A stretch of 64,000 nt of DNA from Bacillota bacterium (GCA_023411795.1 JAEYOK010000027.1:62609-126608); one strand, 5' to 3'; shown: positions 18,801-28,053, counted from the stretch's first letter. The notes: generated from the sequence alone by a model not told the origin. Made by a program: numbers and translations.

Positions 18801-19709
18801 TTAACTTAAAAAATCCACCAAAGAGGGTTGGATAACCTTTGCGCCTGTTGCAAGAGAGGCCTGATAGACATTACTTTCATTCTGCAGGTTTATAATTGCT
18901 TCTGCGATATCAACATCTTCATTTTTACTCATTAACTTAGTGAAATTTACATTATCTTCATCAAGCCTGTCCGCAGTTAAATCGACCCGATTCATTCGAG
19001 CACCCAGACCTGCCCTTACGCGTAAAACATTACCCAGTTCATCATCCAAATCACCTAAAAGACTTGAAAGCTCACTTTTATCATCCGACTCCATTGCATT
19101 TATTACATCATCAAAGGTTTGTACAAACGAGCTTTTTGCTCCCGCTGTACCGGTGATTCCTTCATTAAAAAGGTCACTTCCCGGTACATTTATATTAATC
19201 TTGTCCCCAATGCCAATCTCAAACTTTATTTGCTCACCATTGGCGATATCAACATTAAAGGTACCATCATCATTCAGCAAAGGTTTATCGGTTTTAAAGC
19301 CCGAGAAAATGTATCGTCCTGCATATGTGGCATTGCCCAGACTGATTAACTGGGTTTTGAGCTGGGCTGCCTCCTCTTTGATCTTTAATAGGTCATCGGA
19401 GGTATTTGTTCCGTTAGCAGCCTGATTGGCAATTTCCTTCATTCTTTGAACCACATCGGTCATTTGACCCATGGTGGCTTCAGTAATATCCATCCAGGCC
19501 GTCGCATCATCTGTGTTGCGTTTATATTGAGATATTTCAGCCACATCAGTACGGAGCTTCAAAGCCTTGGATGCAACTATAGGATCATCTGACGGAAGGC
19601 TTATTTTCTTTCCTGATGCTAACTGATTCATGTATTTCTGGGTTTGGTTTAAATTGCCCGAAAGGCTTAGCATCATATTATTCATTAGCATATTGTTTGT
19701 GATTCGCAT
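18801..19709 (-). CDS. flgL: Flagellar hook-associated protein 3 FlgL
   Basis: MRITNNMLMNNMM... N-terminus and a flagellin-family C-terminus. The start at 19709 follows GGGGG; the longer track ORF to 19763 overlaps the flgK end. Confidence 0.85.
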   Translation of the reverse strand: MRITNNMLMNNMMLSLSGNLNQTQKYMNQLASGKKISLPSDDPIVASKALKLRTDVAEISQYKRNTDDATAWMDITEATMGQMTDVVQRMKEIANQAANGTNTSDDLLKIKEEAAQLKTQLISLGNATYAGRYIFSGFKTDKPLLNDDGTFNVDIANGEQIKFEIGIGDKININVPGSDLFNEGITGTAGAKSSFVQTFDDVINAMESDDKSELSSLLGDLDDELGNVLRVRAGLGARMNRVDLTADRLDEDNVNFTKLMSKNEDVDIAEAIINLQNESNVYQASLATGAKVIQPSLVDFLS

Positions 19710-19722
19710 AAGTTTACCCCCT

Positions 19723-21387
19723 TTATATTCCGAGCCTGTTAACCAATATGTCCAAGACCTCACTGAAGGTTTGAATCATTGTGGCCGATGCTCCGTATAT
19801 TTGTTGATATTTAACAAGGTTTGTCATTTCCTCATTTAATGAAACACCTGAGATAGACTGCCGTCTATTTTCAATTTGGTATGTTATTCCCTCCTGAACA
19901 TCCAAATATTGATTATACTGCTGACCATCTACACCCATAGAAGAAATAACGGTCTTAATGAAGTCCTCCGGAGCACCTTCCATAAACATGTATGTGTTGT
20001 GCCTCATTTGTAGTAATTTATTGACGTTTTCATTATTACCCGCTTCACCGGGTGCTGAAGATGCTGATATGTTTTCACTTGGATCGTCTTCTATATCAAA
20101 GCTGATTGAAAAATTACGAGCCGTAATTTTCTGATACCCTGCTACAAGTCTTTCATCCCAAGCTGTCGTTGGGTCATCGGATATGCCCTTAGAAGCTGCG
20201 TAAGATAAAGCCTGAGCCTCAAAATCAGCGCTTGACATATACTCCCCATATTCATTAACCATAGAGAAGAAACGGATTCCTGATGGGGTTGTGCCTGTTA
20301 ATGTATAGCCGTCTACATGGCCTTCCGATTTATTTAGCATACCATCGCCATCGGTATCCATGATGCCCTCGTTGAATGACATGGCAAAGGTTCTGACGAA
20401 CTCATTCATTTTCCTCTGGTAATAGGGTATACCCTTGCAGTTTGGAGTACTCTTTCCATCCGAACCCGGTTCTCCGTCATTGCCGTCACGCATATCAAGA
20501 TAAGCTTTCAACTCTCCGGATTTTAACTGCAACTTATTACCATCGGCCCAGGACACTTCATATAGGTTTTCAATATCCTCTTCATTGAGCTTCGTCTCCC
20601 TGCTTTCACACTTTAAGTGTACTGACTGCTCATGATCTACCAAAGCCTTGCCACTGATGGTTACAACGAAACGGGTTTCTTTTTCACCATTGGGAAGTTT
20701 CAGCCCTGTTTCAGTTTCATAGGCACTCACGTTTACAATCTTAGATAGCTTGTCTACGAGATAGCCTCTTCTGTCTCTTAAATCATTAGCTTTGTTTCCC
20801 ATAACTTCAAAATGATATATCTGAAGATTTAAGTCCCTGATTTGGTCGGCTAGATTGTTTACTTCTTCCACCTTGGCATTGACCATGTTATTATAATCCT
20901 CTTGGAGATAATCGAAATGTGTGGCAACATTGTTAAAATAATTTGCCACTGCAACACCCTTTTCTTTTACCATGGCACGGGTGGAAAGACTTGATGGATC
21001 AGTGGTCAAGGTCTGCAACGCACTATAAAAATCATTTATTATTTTTGTATATCCATTATTACTTGGCTCATTATAAATTGTCTGCATATCCTCAATAATT
21101 GTTGACTTAACGCTCCATTCACCCAGATACTGAGCTTCGCTCCAATACTTTTCATCTAAATATATATCTCTGACCCTGTCTACGCTAACCACATCGGAGC
21201 CCATACCCAACATACCTGCGCTGTTAGCAACGAGTAATGGACGGGCAGAGGTTTGATTAATAACCTGTCTTGAATATCCCGGTGTATTGGTATTATCAAT
21301 ATTATGAGCAACATTAGCCATTCCTCTTTGAGATGAATAAAGGCCTCTCATTGCTATTTCCAAACCCATATATGTAGTATTATTCAT
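19723..21387 (-). CDS. flgK: Flagellar hook-associated protein 1 FlgK (paralogue 1, 554 aa)
   Basis: N-terminus has ...RGMANVAHNIDNTNTPGYSRQ. C-terminus has SLNEEMTNLVKYQQIYGASATMIQ. The variable middle contains DTDGDGMLNKSE. Confidence 0.85.
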   Translation of the reverse strand: MNNTTYMGLEIAMRGLYSSQRGMANVAHNIDNTNTPGYSRQVINQTSARPLLVANSAGMLGMGSDVVSVDRVRDIYLDEKYWSEAQYLGEWSVKSTIIEDMQTIYNEPSNNGYTKIINDFYSALQTLTTDPSSLSTRAMVKEKGVAVANYFNNVATHFDYLQEDYNNMVNAKVEEVNNLADQIRDLNLQIYHFEVMGNKANDLRDRRGYLVDKLSKIVNVSAYETETGLKLPNGEKETRFVVTISGKALVDHEQSVHLKCESRETKLNEEDIENLYEVSWADGNKLQLKSGELKAYLDMRDGNDGEPGSDGKSTPNCKGIPYYQRKMNEFVRTFAMSFNEGIMDTDGDGMLNKSEGHVDGYTLTGTTPSGIRFFSMVNEYGEYMSSADFEAQALSYAASKGISDDPTTAWDERLVAGYQKITARNFSISFDIEDDPSENISASSAPGEAGNNENVNKLLQMRHNTYMFMEGAPEDFIKTVISSMGVDGQQYNQYLDVQEGITYQIENRRQSISGVSLNEEMTNLVKYQQIYGASATMIQTFSEVLDILVNRLGI

Positions 21388-21416
21388 TTAATCACTCCCA
21401 TCCTTCGAATTAAAAA

Positions 21417-23489
21417 TTACGATGCTCCCATTCTGAACATAATTGTCTCCAGCATCTGATTTATTACGTCAATTACTTTGGAGTTGGCATTATATGCAAA
21501 TTTATATTTAATCATATTTGTCATTTCCTCATCCAACGACACACCCATTATTGACTGTCTGTTAGAGTCGGCCTGAGTTACAAGGCTCTGGTAGCTCGAT
21601 ACCATGTTGGAAGCTTCGTAACCCTTATTACCAATATCAAGAATTATATTTTGGTAGTATGTATCAAGACTCAGTACCTTTTTATTGCCCGTCATAAGAT
21701 TCTGATTTCGTATCCCGGCTATAGCAAGGGCTATTTGATTGTCTCCGTTGGCATCTGTTGCAGATGCTGCGATATTATTCACATCTTTCAAATTATCGCT
21801 TACTTTAATGTTACCTAGTCCAATGGGTAGAGATGGCTCAATAGCTTCAAAAAACAGTCCCCCGGCGGCGCCCTTCAGAGTTGTTCCCGATAGATGAAGC
21901 CTGTTTACTTCCCGAGCCATTATATTAATCAATGCATTCAATTGCTTACTTACAGATGAAATAATATTCAGGTCGTCTGAAACGGTAGACATCTTCATAT
22001 TTACGTCCGAATTTATATCAGACGATGCCTTTTTCATGAGTGCGTCAATATCGGTAGTTGCCTCTATGCCATAAGTCTTTCCACCGGTTTGTTCTGTAAT
22101 GAAGCTCCATCCTCTTTCTCCGGTATCACCTTCAGAGTGATTAATAGGGTCAGTCGCAACCGAAACAGTTATACCCATTTTTTTCAATCTGTTTACATAC
22201 CCTACCACAGTTGCATCACCGGTAACAGTACCCTCTCCGTCTATATCACCGTCCCCGTTAATACTTTCATCAGTAAAAACAAAAAGATATTTGTTTACAT
22301 CTTCAAGGTAAGAATTACCCCCTACGGCATCGATAACATCCTCAAAATTATTTTCTGTTCCGGTGTCTGTTGTTAGAGCGGAGACAGCATTGACAAAAGC
22401 GTCGGTATCCTTGCCAAAAAGAGTATTAGTGACGGCTGCCGAGCCTCCGAAGGTGACCAGTCTAAAGTTATAATCCAATCCCCTACTCTTGATATCCCCA
22501 ACAAAGGCTTCAATATTAGCCTTAATTTTTGCAAGGTTGTCGGCACCAGTACTGGAAATATCCACAGCAATGGTTATATCACTGGTTGTGTTAGGTGTTC
22601 CGTTCTCATAGCCGTTCTTTGCACCGCTTACTTCACCTCTGGCTTCAAGTAAACCCTTTATTATGCCCTGACCGACATTAATTGGAATATCTCCACCACT
22701 AGCTTGTAGCATGGGTGTATAAAAATGCGATAAATCACTATTTGGGGCAGCTACAAGTTTTGTCTGCTCACCCTTGCTAACAAGGAAATACCCACCTACC
22801 AGAATATCCATGCTGCCATCCCGAGTCTCCCAGGTTTCAACATCTATAAGTTTAGAAAGTCTATCGCATAATAAATTTCTCTGGTCATAATAGTCATTGG
22901 GTAAATTTCCTGCGGCTTCCGCACTCATTATTTTTACATTTAAAGCAGCAATATCCTCAGTTATATCATTGACCTCATCAATACGAGATTTTATCTCTGT
23001 GTTCAGGTCTGTTTGAAGCTTGGTAATCTGACTACCTACCTGATTCAAGTAATTTGTCAGCGAATCGGCTCTTTGCTTAACCAAAGCGCGGATTGTGAGA
23101 CTCTCCGGAGCTTTGCTCAACTCCTGAAAGGAGTCCCAGAAATTATTTAAAGCTACCTGGAAACCCTTCTGAATAGGTTCTCCTAATATAGACTCCAGAT
23201 CGGTAATTGCTTTGCTTCTGCTTTCCCAATACCCCAGATTATTACTTTCAGTTCGATAAATATTATCACTAAAGGTATGACGTATCTGGCGAATCTGTTG
23301 TATATCCGTACCCATCTCAAGATACCAGTTACCATATCTTTTTACCGCAGCCGACGCCATAACAGCACTCTGTCTTGAATATCCGATCGTGCCAAGATTA
23401 GCCACGTTATGGCCGGTTACTTCAAGTGCTTTTTGATTTGCAGTTAGTCCTGAAACGGCTGTATCCATTCCAAAAAAACTAATGGACAT
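21417..23489 (-). CDS. flgK: FlgK-family hook-associated protein (paralogue 2, 690 aa) with inserted vWA-like domain
   Basis: N-terminus has FGMDTAVSGLTANQKALEVTGHNVANLGTIGYSRQ. C-terminus has SLDEEMTNMIKYKFAYNANSKVI. Aa ~304-495 show a vWA pattern (ITIAVDISSTG ... TGTEN ... LFVFTDES ... EQTGGKTY). Confidence 0.8.
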   Translation of the reverse strand: MSISFFGMDTAVSGLTANQKALEVTGHNVANLGTIGYSRQSAVMASAAVKRYGNWYLEMGTDIQQIRQIRHTFSDNIYRTESNNLGYWESRSKAITDLESILGEPIQKGFQVALNNFWDSFQELSKAPESLTIRALVKQRADSLTNYLNQVGSQITKLQTDLNTEIKSRIDEVNDITEDIAALNVKIMSAEAAGNLPNDYYDQRNLLCDRLSKLIDVETWETRDGSMDILVGGYFLVSKGEQTKLVAAPNSDLSHFYTPMLQASGGDIPINVGQGIIKGLLEARGEVSGAKNGYENGTPNTTSDITIAVDISSTGADNLAKIKANIEAFVGDIKSRGLDYNFRLVTFGGSAAVTNTLFGKDTDAFVNAVSALTTDTGTENNFEDVIDAVGGNSYLEDVNKYLFVFTDESINGDGDIDGEGTVTGDATVVGYVNRLKKMGITVSVATDPINHSEGDTGERGWSFITEQTGGKTYGIEATTDIDALMKKASSDINSDVNMKMSTVSDDLNIISSVSKQLNALINIMAREVNRLHLSGTTLKGAAGGLFFEAIEPSLPIGLGNIKVSDNLKDVNNIAASATDANGDNQIALAIAGIRNQNLMTGNKKVLSLDTYYQNIILDIGNKGYEASNMVSSYQSLVTQADSNRQSIMGVSLDEEMTNMIKYKFAYNANSKVIDVINQMLETIMFRMGAS

Positions 23490-23504
23490 CTTCTACTCCT
23501 TTTC

Positions 23505-24011
23505 TTAATACCTAATATCCAGTACACTTCTTTTTTCGCCACCCGAGATCTCTGTTCCACTCCTGCCATAAGTAGGTACTGCAGGTTCGGGAGCGGCAAT
23601 AAGCTGAATGTTAAAATCTAAATACTTTATGGCATTTTCGATTAATCTCTTGTTTATATTATTTTTTGCAGTTAATTTTCCTAGTAACTCGGTCATTCTA
23701 CTCTGAATCTCATCAAGCTGCTTTTTATATGGTTCATTGACAAGCTTTTTCAGCTTATCAAGAGTCAATAACTTAAACTCCTGATTATAGTCTTCGGCCA
23801 AAGAGCTTAAAATCTGTTCCCTAACCTTATTAAGCTTAAGGGTTTGATCAGCCATTGCCCTTTCTTTTTCTGTAATTACAGCTATTTCAGATGCATCGTT
23901 CTTAACAAGTGCATCAGTTTTAGCCTCGGCAATTTTATAAATTTCCAGATATGTTCTATATTCATACTGCAGTGCTGTTATCAGCTTCTCTATAAGTTTA
24001 TTATCGGGCAA
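23505..24011 (-). CDS. flgN: Flagellar chaperone FlgN family (YvyG-like)
   Basis: Helical 168-aa protein between flgM and flgK, as in B. subtilis. The TTG at 24011 lies 8 nt after GGGAGG, with an alternative ATG at 24050. The rest of the track ORF (to 24176) is a translated duplicated non-coding box. Confidence 0.7.
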   Translation of the reverse strand: MPDNKLIEKLITALQYEYRTYLEIYKIAEAKTDALVKNDASEIAVITEKERAMADQTLKLNKVREQILSSLAEDYNQEFKLLTLDKLKKLVNEPYKKQLDEIQSRMTELLGKLTAKNNINKRLIENAIKYLDFNIQLIAAPEPAVPTYGRSGTEISGGEKRSVLDIRY

Positions 24012-24060
24012 TTTAATTACCTCCCAGGCTATTATCAATAATTTGTTCATATACTTAGAG

Positions 24061-24088
24061 TATCGGAACTGTTTTAATAATTCCTTTA
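24061..24088 (-). promoter_or_regulatory. Candidate sigma-28 (SigD/FliA)-type promoter for flgN
   Basis: The minus strand reads TAAAggaattattaaaacagtTCCGATAC about 45 nt upstream of the flgN RBS. The -10 CCGATA is good, but the spacer is 17 nt rather than the consensus 15. Confidence 0.35.
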
Positions 24089-24204
24089 CTATACGAAGAA
24101 TCCGCAGGATTTCTTCAAATGTATATGAAATACGGTAGTAATTCATATACTTAGAGTATAGGAACTGTTTTAACAATTCCTATACTTTTATATCGGCATA
24201 AATT

Positions 24205-24239
24205 AAAAACGGAATAACCTTTCAGTTATTCCGTTTTTT
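24205..24239 (-). terminator. Rho-independent terminator after flgM
   Basis: The minus strand reads AAAAACGGAATAACTGAAAGGTTATTCCGTTTTT, a perfect 9-bp stem plus a T-run. Confidence 0.8.
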
Positions 24240-24244
24240 ATTAA

Positions 24245-24532
24245 TTATATCTTTTTTGTTTCCAGAGACTCTACAATTTTTCCCGCCACATCAGTTGCCT
24301 TAACAGAATATTGTCCACGTTCTATTTTTTGTGTAATCTCATCTACCTTGTCCTGCCGAATATCAGGAATCTGTCTTAATGCCTTCATAATACTGGTAAA
24401 GTCTTTAGCTGTCCCGGATATTGAGAACTCATCCTTTTTAGATGCTACCTCACCAACCTTGGCTTGCTTGTCAATCTTACCGGTATTTCCATAGACACCC
24501 GTTACCTTGGGAATATTTCCCCAAATTTTCAT
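24245..24532 (-). CDS. flgM: Anti-sigma-28 factor FlgM
   Basis: 95 aa. The C-terminal IRQDKVDEITQKIERGQYSVKATDVAGKIVE is typical of FlgM. RBS GGAGAGG. Confidence 0.85.
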   Translation of the reverse strand: MKIWGNIPKVTGVYGNTGKIDKQAKVGEVASKKDEFSISGTAKDFTSIMKALRQIPDIRQDKVDEITQKIERGQYSVKATDVAGKIVESLETKKI

Positions 24533-24620
24533 GGTTTACCTCTCCTATTATTAACGCATTTGCTGGAACTTTCAGCACATTAATCTTTTGTGAAATGATT
24601 ATGACACCCTAACATGATGT

Positions 24621-24647
24621 ATATCGTCAGTAATCAATTGCTTCTTA
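24621..24647 (-). promoter_or_regulatory. Sigma-28 (SigD/FliA)-type promoter upstream of flgM
   Basis: The minus strand reads TAAG-N15-GACGATAT (consensus TAAA-N15-GCCGATAT) in the yvyF-flgM intergenic region. Confidence 0.5.
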
Positions 24648-24680
24648 ATAGAATTTTTTATTTCCCCAAATAATTTTATT

Positions 24681-25112
24681 CTAATCTTTACGCTCACCAT
24701 GAAGATAGCGTAATCCGGCTTTGTCTTTCGCGGACATATCGGAGTATTTATCAACTACATCCCTTAATGATCTCCCTGCCGAAATCATATCATTTGCCAG
24801 CTTTTTAGAACATGTTATACAAAAGCGCCCGCTTTTAATTCTTGATCCGCAATTTTCACATTGCAACGCAATAGGGCTTTCCTCGGACACCTCCAATTTT
24901 CCTTCCTTTAAAAACCGATAGATTAGCTGAGTGGGCACTAAGGTCTCCTTCGCGACCTCCTGAACGGTAGCTCCGGGAAATTCCCTTACAAAAGTACGTA
25001 CTTTTTCAAATTCCTCTTCTTCAAGTTTCTTGCATTCATTACAAAGTTGAGGTCCCGTGCCTCCAAACATGAATATTCTTCTACACCTTTTACAATTCTT
25101 AACCTCAGGCAT
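24681..25112 (-). CDS. Flagellar operon zinc-ribbon protein, YvyF family
   Basis: CKRC...CNEC and CENC...CITC zinc-ribbon pairs flank a winged-helix-like middle, colinear with B. subtilis YvyF. Strong RBS GGGGGAGGG. Confidence 0.75.
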   Translation of the reverse strand: MPEVKNCKRCRRIFMFGGTGPQLCNECKKLEEEEFEKVRTFVREFPGATVQEVAKETLVPTQLIYRFLKEGKLEVSEESPIALQCENCGSRIKSGRFCITCSKKLANDMISAGRSLRDVVDKYSDMSAKDKAGLRYLHGERKD

Positions 25113-25154
25113 AAAAACCCTCCCCCGAAAAAATGCGTGTTAATAATACTATCG

Positions 25155-25847
25155 TCATTTTTCAGCAATTGCAATAACCATTGAATGAATAAAAGAGACA
25201 CCTTTTTCTTTTAATATTTTAGCACAAGTATTAATCGTTGTTCCAGTTGTTAATACATCATCTACCAATAAAATGCTTTTTCCCTGGATAGAAGACCCTG
25301 AACGTACAGAAAAAGCTCCTTCAAGATTTTTTATTCTGTCCTCTCTTTTTAGCAAACTTTGGGCGCGGGTATATTGTGTTTTAATAAGAATGTCGGTTCT
25401 TATCTCTCTATTAAAGTATTTAGCTAAATGTACCGCAATCAACTCCGATTGATTGTATCCTCTATGTCTCTTTTTTCTGGGGTGCATAGGGACAGGTACT
25501 ATATAATCAAATGTCGGTATCTGTCCATACTTATTGAGTTCTTCATATATAAGGTAACTCATAGTTTCAGAAAGTTTCGGCTGATTTTTGAACTTGAATG
25601 TATGAATTGCAGTCTCAACCCCATCCAGATAGTAAAATGCAGCGAAAAAGCTATCAACATCGGGAAGGATACCGCTTTCTCCGAAACCTCTTCCGTAGCT
25701 TTTAAGGCCTTTTCTGCATTGTTCGCATAGACATACTAAAGAATCCTCCCTTAAGATTGCTTCACAAACCATGCATTTTACAGGGAAGATCAACCGTATA
25801 ATTCTCTCAATCAGTGAGACTGGCTTCAAGTTAGTTACTGATTCCAC
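25155..25847 (-). CDS. comFC: ComF family protein (ComFC-like, phosphoribosyltransferase fold)
   Basis: N-terminal CxxC...CxxC and C-terminal ILLVDDVLTTGTT PRTase motif. Overlaps the recD2 end by 17 nt. Confidence 0.85.
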   Translation of the reverse strand: MESVTNLKPVSLIERIIRLIFPVKCMVCEAILREDSLVCLCEQCRKGLKSYGRGFGESGILPDVDSFFAAFYYLDGVETAIHTFKFKNQPKLSETMSYLIYEELNKYGQIPTFDYIVPVPMHPRKKRHRGYNQSELIAVHLAKYFNREIRTDILIKTQYTRAQSLLKREDRIKNLEGAFSVRSGSSIQGKSILLVDDVLTTGTTINTCAKILKEKGVSFIHSMVIAIAEK

Positions 25848-28053
25848 CGATTCTCTCCTTCAAGCCCGAATATCGTTCCTTTTCGTTAACGTTCCTAATC
25901 ATTTCTTCCATGATTGTTGGACTTCCAACCAGTACCACAAGCTTTCTGGCTCTTGTTACAGCTGTGTATAGAAGGTTCTTACACACAAGACCTCTGGGCA
26001 CACCAAGAAGCGGTATTACAACAGCCGGAAACTCCGTTCCCTGACTTTTATGAACTGTAATAGCATAGGCGTGTTCAAGATTGTCCAAGATATCGAACCT
26101 GTATTCGCAAACTCTGTTGTCATCAAACCTTACCGTTACAAGCTCTGCCTTTACATCAATATCCATTATAATCCCTAAATCACCGTTATACACCCCTAAT
26201 CCTTCAGAAAAGCATCCGTTCTCATCTGTTAGGGTCCATGGCATTGAATAGTCGTTTCGAATTTGCATAACCCGGTCACCGAGTCGGAATATCGCACCAC
26301 CATATACTTTTTGGGGCTTGTCCTCGTTTTCGGGATTAAGTACCTGCTGAAGAATCACATTTAGATTTCGAACCCCGGTTTCGCCTTTTTTCATGGGTGA
26401 GAGGATTTGTATGTCTTTTATAGGATCGAATCCGAATTGCTCTGGTATTTTATCTGTGCAAAGGTTTATTAAGCTTTCGATAACTCCATTATTGCTTAAT
26501 TTCGGGACAAAAAAGAAATCTCCCTCTTCGTAGTTCAAGGTCGGCATAAGGCCCTGGTTTATAAGATGGGCATTGGATATGATACGACTTTGCTCGGTTT
26601 GTCTGAATATGGTTTCCAGCTTCACCACAGGGAAAGCCTCACTCTCAATTATATCGGACAGAACCTTTCCAGGCCCCACTGATGGCAGTTGATCCGAGTC
26701 ACCTACCAAAACCAGACTTGCATCCTTTGGCAAGGCTTTTAGTAATGCTCTCATCATAATAATGTCTATCATGGAGGCCTCATCAATAATCAGCACTCGC
26801 GTATCTAGGGGGTTGTCCTCATCACGCATAAAATAGGGTTTCTCATCGTTCTCTATACTATAGCCAACCTCCAGCAGCCTATGTATGGTCTTGGCTTCAT
26901 AGCCCGAGGTTTCGCTTATTCGTTTTGCTGCTCTCCCCGTAGGTGCAGCTAAAATTGAGTTAAGTCCCTTTTCTTCGAATATTTTAATCAAGGTTTTAAT
27001 TATAGTCGTTTTTCCTGTACCCGGTCCACCGGTTATGATTGATAAACCGTTTGACAACGCACATTTTACAGCATCTTTTTGAATACTATCCAGAAATATG
27101 TTCTGTTCTTTCTCGTATTTTGCAATAAGTGAATCGCTTTCCTCAATCCAACCCTCACCCATACTTCTATTTAGTGAGGATAATCTTCTGGCGCAATACC
27201 TTTCAGCGTCTATAAAATCCTGCGTATAAACTCTCTCCGGATACTGTCTTTCGGTTACAATAAGACCCTCCAGGCGAAGTGAATCAAAAGCGTTCAATAA
27301 AAACTCTTCCTGGACCTTGGTTAACTTAGTCCCCAGCTTTAAAAGCTCTTCTTTCGGAACATAAGTGTGTCCGTTTGATATTGAAACAGACAATAAATAC
27401 ATAATAGCGCTTTTTAACCTCTCCATGGAGTAAGGCTCAAAACCGGCTGAGATGGCAATCCTGTCGCATACTGAAAAACTTAAGGCAATATCGTTTTCTG
27501 CTAATCTGTAAGGGTTTTTACGAATCTCTTCTTCTGCCATAGTGCCGAACTTATTCCAAATTTTTACCGCAAAATTTGATGTCACACCAAACCTTTGCAT
27601 AAGCATAACTAAATTACGCATTTTTTCGTGTTCAAGGAAAGCTTGTCCATAAAAAAGAGCTCGCTCGGAAGAAATTCCTTTTATTTCTGTTAACCGATAG
27701 GGTTCAAATTGAAGAACCTCGAAGGTCTTTTCTTTTAAATACTCAACTATTTTTTTTGCTGTTGCCGGCCCCAAACCCTTTATAAACCCGCTTGAAAGAT
27801 ATCTTAATATTTCTTCTTCCCGAGTGGGATTTTTTCTTTCACATTGGTCAACCACAAACTGACGTCCGTAATCTGCGTGAATAACAAAATCGCCCGAAGC
27901 AATTACACTTTCACCTTCGACTAATAGGGGCATAATCCCGACTAAAGTGATATGTGTATTATCATCGGACTTTAATTCACATACAGTATATCCGGTCTTT
28001 TCACTGGTATAACGGATTGAGACTATGGTTCCTCTTATTTGTTCCACTATCAC
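25831..28053 (-). CDS. recD2: SF1B ATP-dependent RecD-like DNA helicase (RecD2)
   Basis: 740 aa with Walker A ITGGPGTGKTT, LIIDEASMID, LVGDSDQLPSVGPG and C-terminal AITVHKSQGTEF...YTAVTRAR. Confidence 0.9.
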   Translation of the reverse strand: MIVEQIRGTIVSIRYTSEKTGYTVCELKSDDNTHITLVGIMPLLVEGESVIASGDFVIHADYGRQFVVDQCERKNPTREEEILRYLSSGFIKGLGPATAKKIVEYLKEKTFEVLQFEPYRLTEIKGISSERALFYGQAFLEHEKMRNLVMLMQRFGVTSNFAVKIWNKFGTMAEEEIRKNPYRLAENDIALSFSVCDRIAISAGFEPYSMERLKSAIMYLLSVSISNGHTYVPKEELLKLGTKLTKVQEEFLLNAFDSLRLEGLIVTERQYPERVYTQDFIDAERYCARRLSSLNRSMGEGWIEESDSLIAKYEKEQNIFLDSIQKDAVKCALSNGLSIITGGPGTGKTTIIKTLIKIFEEKGLNSILAAPTGRAAKRISETSGYEAKTIHRLLEVGYSIENDEKPYFMRDEDNPLDTRVLIIDEASMIDIIMMRALLKALPKDASLVLVGDSDQLPSVGPGKVLSDIIESEAFPVVKLETIFRQTEQSRIISNAHLINQGLMPTLNYEEGDFFFVPKLSNNGVIESLINLCTDKIPEQFGFDPIKDIQILSPMKKGETGVRNLNVILQQVLNPENEDKPQKVYGGAIFRLGDRVMQIRNDYSMPWTLTDENGCFSEGLGVYNGDLGIIMDIDVKAELVTVRFDDNRVCEYRFDILDNLEHAYAITVHKSQGTEFPAVVIPLLGVPRGLVCKNLLYTAVTRARKLVVLVGSPTIMEEMIRNVNEKERYSGLKERIGGISN

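Noticed and set aside
19710-19763. 18-aa N-terminal extension of flgL overlapping the flgK end
   Set aside because: The internal ATG at 19709 has a strong RBS and gives the canonical MRITNN start.
24012-24176. N-terminal 55-aa extension of the flgN ORF (MLKQFLYSKYMNYY...)
   Set aside because: It is the translation of the duplicated 40-bp non-coding box. There is no RBS at 24176, whereas GGGAGG precedes the TTG at 24011.
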